Part shown: piece after piece, positions 63,069-64,000 of the stretch | Layout: every line of letters begins with the position of its first letter | How positions within the stretch are numbered: the stretch's first letter is position 1 | Origin: Escherichia coli | GTDB taxonomy: Bacteria; Pseudomonadota; Gammaproteobacteria; Enterobacterales; Enterobacteriaceae | Direction: 5' to 3' (one strand) | Assembly: GCF_041248615.1 (NCBI RefSeq) | Contig: NZ_CP158426.1 | Length of the DNA: 64,000 bases | Notes under the pieces: model-generated | What the model saw: the letters and a program-made list of their open reading frames with translations, nothing else | Databases searched by the model: none | Told to the model about the DNA's origin: nothing | Program-made: the position numbers and the translations under genes

Positions 63069-63635
63069 AATGCCGTCCCTTAAAAATAGTTTAAACCATC
63101 AAAAATACATTACTTATTACGAAGTAATGGTAACCAAAGCAGCAATAAATAATTTATAAGAATCATGATTGACATTTATAACCCAGTAAGCCTAGCGTGA
63201 CAAATATCTTAATCAGATAATAATAATCCGAAAAGCACAGCGCCTTTCGAATTATCCGGAATCACATTAAGTGAAAATTATTAAATTGATATCATTTATC
63301 ATATCTGTGGATATTATGATAAACAATCAACAAAGATTTTATTTTTGATTTATAGCATATCCCTCTAAGAATTTTTGCGATGCTGCAATATCCGGGTAAA
63401 GACCCGATCCTGGCTGACAAATGGCACGACTTGACGATAAGCGGTGAACATCGCTTTTGTTGATTTACTTAACGCTACGGTCAAACGCTGGGAAGCCAGT
63501 GCATCAGGTAACGATTCGAAATTCGCCGTCGTTCTTATTCGTGGCTTGCGGTCGGTTGCGGCAATCCACAGTGGCTGTGGTCATGCAGTCAAGCCAGCGG
63601 TCAGATTTCGACCGTGGTTAACATTTAAGGCATAA

Positions 63636-63661
63636 AAAAGGCCATCATACGATGGCCAACC
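63636..63661 (-). terminator. Intrinsic terminator downstream of sucD
   Basis: Hairpin ggccatcgtatgatggcc followed by tttttt on the minus strand. Confidence 0.45.
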
Positions 63662-63732
63662 ATGTCGAAACCGACAGCCCTTCGCCATTCCTGTAGAGGG
63701 AAGCGGCGAGGGCTATTTCTTATTACAGATAT

Positions 63733-64000
63733 TTATTTCAGAACAGTTTTCAGTGCTTCACCGATATCCGCCAGGCTGCGAACGGTTTTCACGCCTGCGG
63801 CTTCCAGAGCAGCGAATTTCTCATCCGCAGTCCCTTTTCCACCGGCAATGATCGCACCCGCGTGGCCCATACGTTTGCCTTTCGGCGCAGTCACACCAGC
63901 GATGTAACCCACAACAGGCTTGGTAACGTGCTCTTTGATGTACGCAGCCGCTTCTTCTTCAGCGCTACCGCCGATCTCACCGATCATCACGATCGCTTCG
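63733..64000 (-). CDS. sucD: Succinyl-CoA synthetase alpha subunit, 3' part (partial; continues beyond window end)
   Basis: C-terminal 85 aa ...[44 protein letters not shown] matches the SucD C-terminus from memory. Confidence 0.85.

Overview
This window reads as an Escherichia coli chromosomal segment collinear with the K-12 sucD - cydAB - ybgE/ybgC - tolQRAB-pal-cpoB - lysT tRNA operon - nadA-pnuC - zitB - ybgS - aroG - gpmA - galMKTE - modFE/acrZ/modABC - ybhA - pgl - ybhDHIJ - ybhC - att-lambda region, in reverse orientation to the K-12 map. All identifications are from reading the sequence and ORF track and from memory of protein families; no database search was run. Three accessory blocks interrupt the core. 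(1) Positions 1..12899 are the int-proximal arm of a lambdoid prophage integrated at att-lambda, ending at an attL core (12885..12899) next to ybhC. It is mosaic: lambda-like NinB, Ren, P, O (with ori iterons), Xis and Int; a P22-like immunity region (C1/CII-like, Cro, C2); a phage-21-like N with nutL/nutR; cIII and kil; a Sak4-type ATPase plus SSB-like pair where lambda has exo/bet/gam; and about 12 uncharacterised small genes. (2) An IS200-family element (Y1 transposase) lies between gpmA and aroG. (3) A roughly 13.7 kb island between the cydA regulatory region and sucD, where K-12 carries mngR-mngA-mngB, encodes a glutamate mutase / methylaspartate ammonia-lyase / class I fumarase (mesaconase-type) pathway with a transporter, an adenosyltransferase, a LysR regulator, a DUF1446/DUF4387-like pair and two AT-rich orphan genes. 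The best candidates for undescribed biology are the uncharacterised gene block between N and cIII in the prophage (4945..7025), the DUF1446/DUF4387-like pair inside the mesaconate island, and the two AT-rich orphan ORFs at 50092..51539. No CRISPR array was seen.
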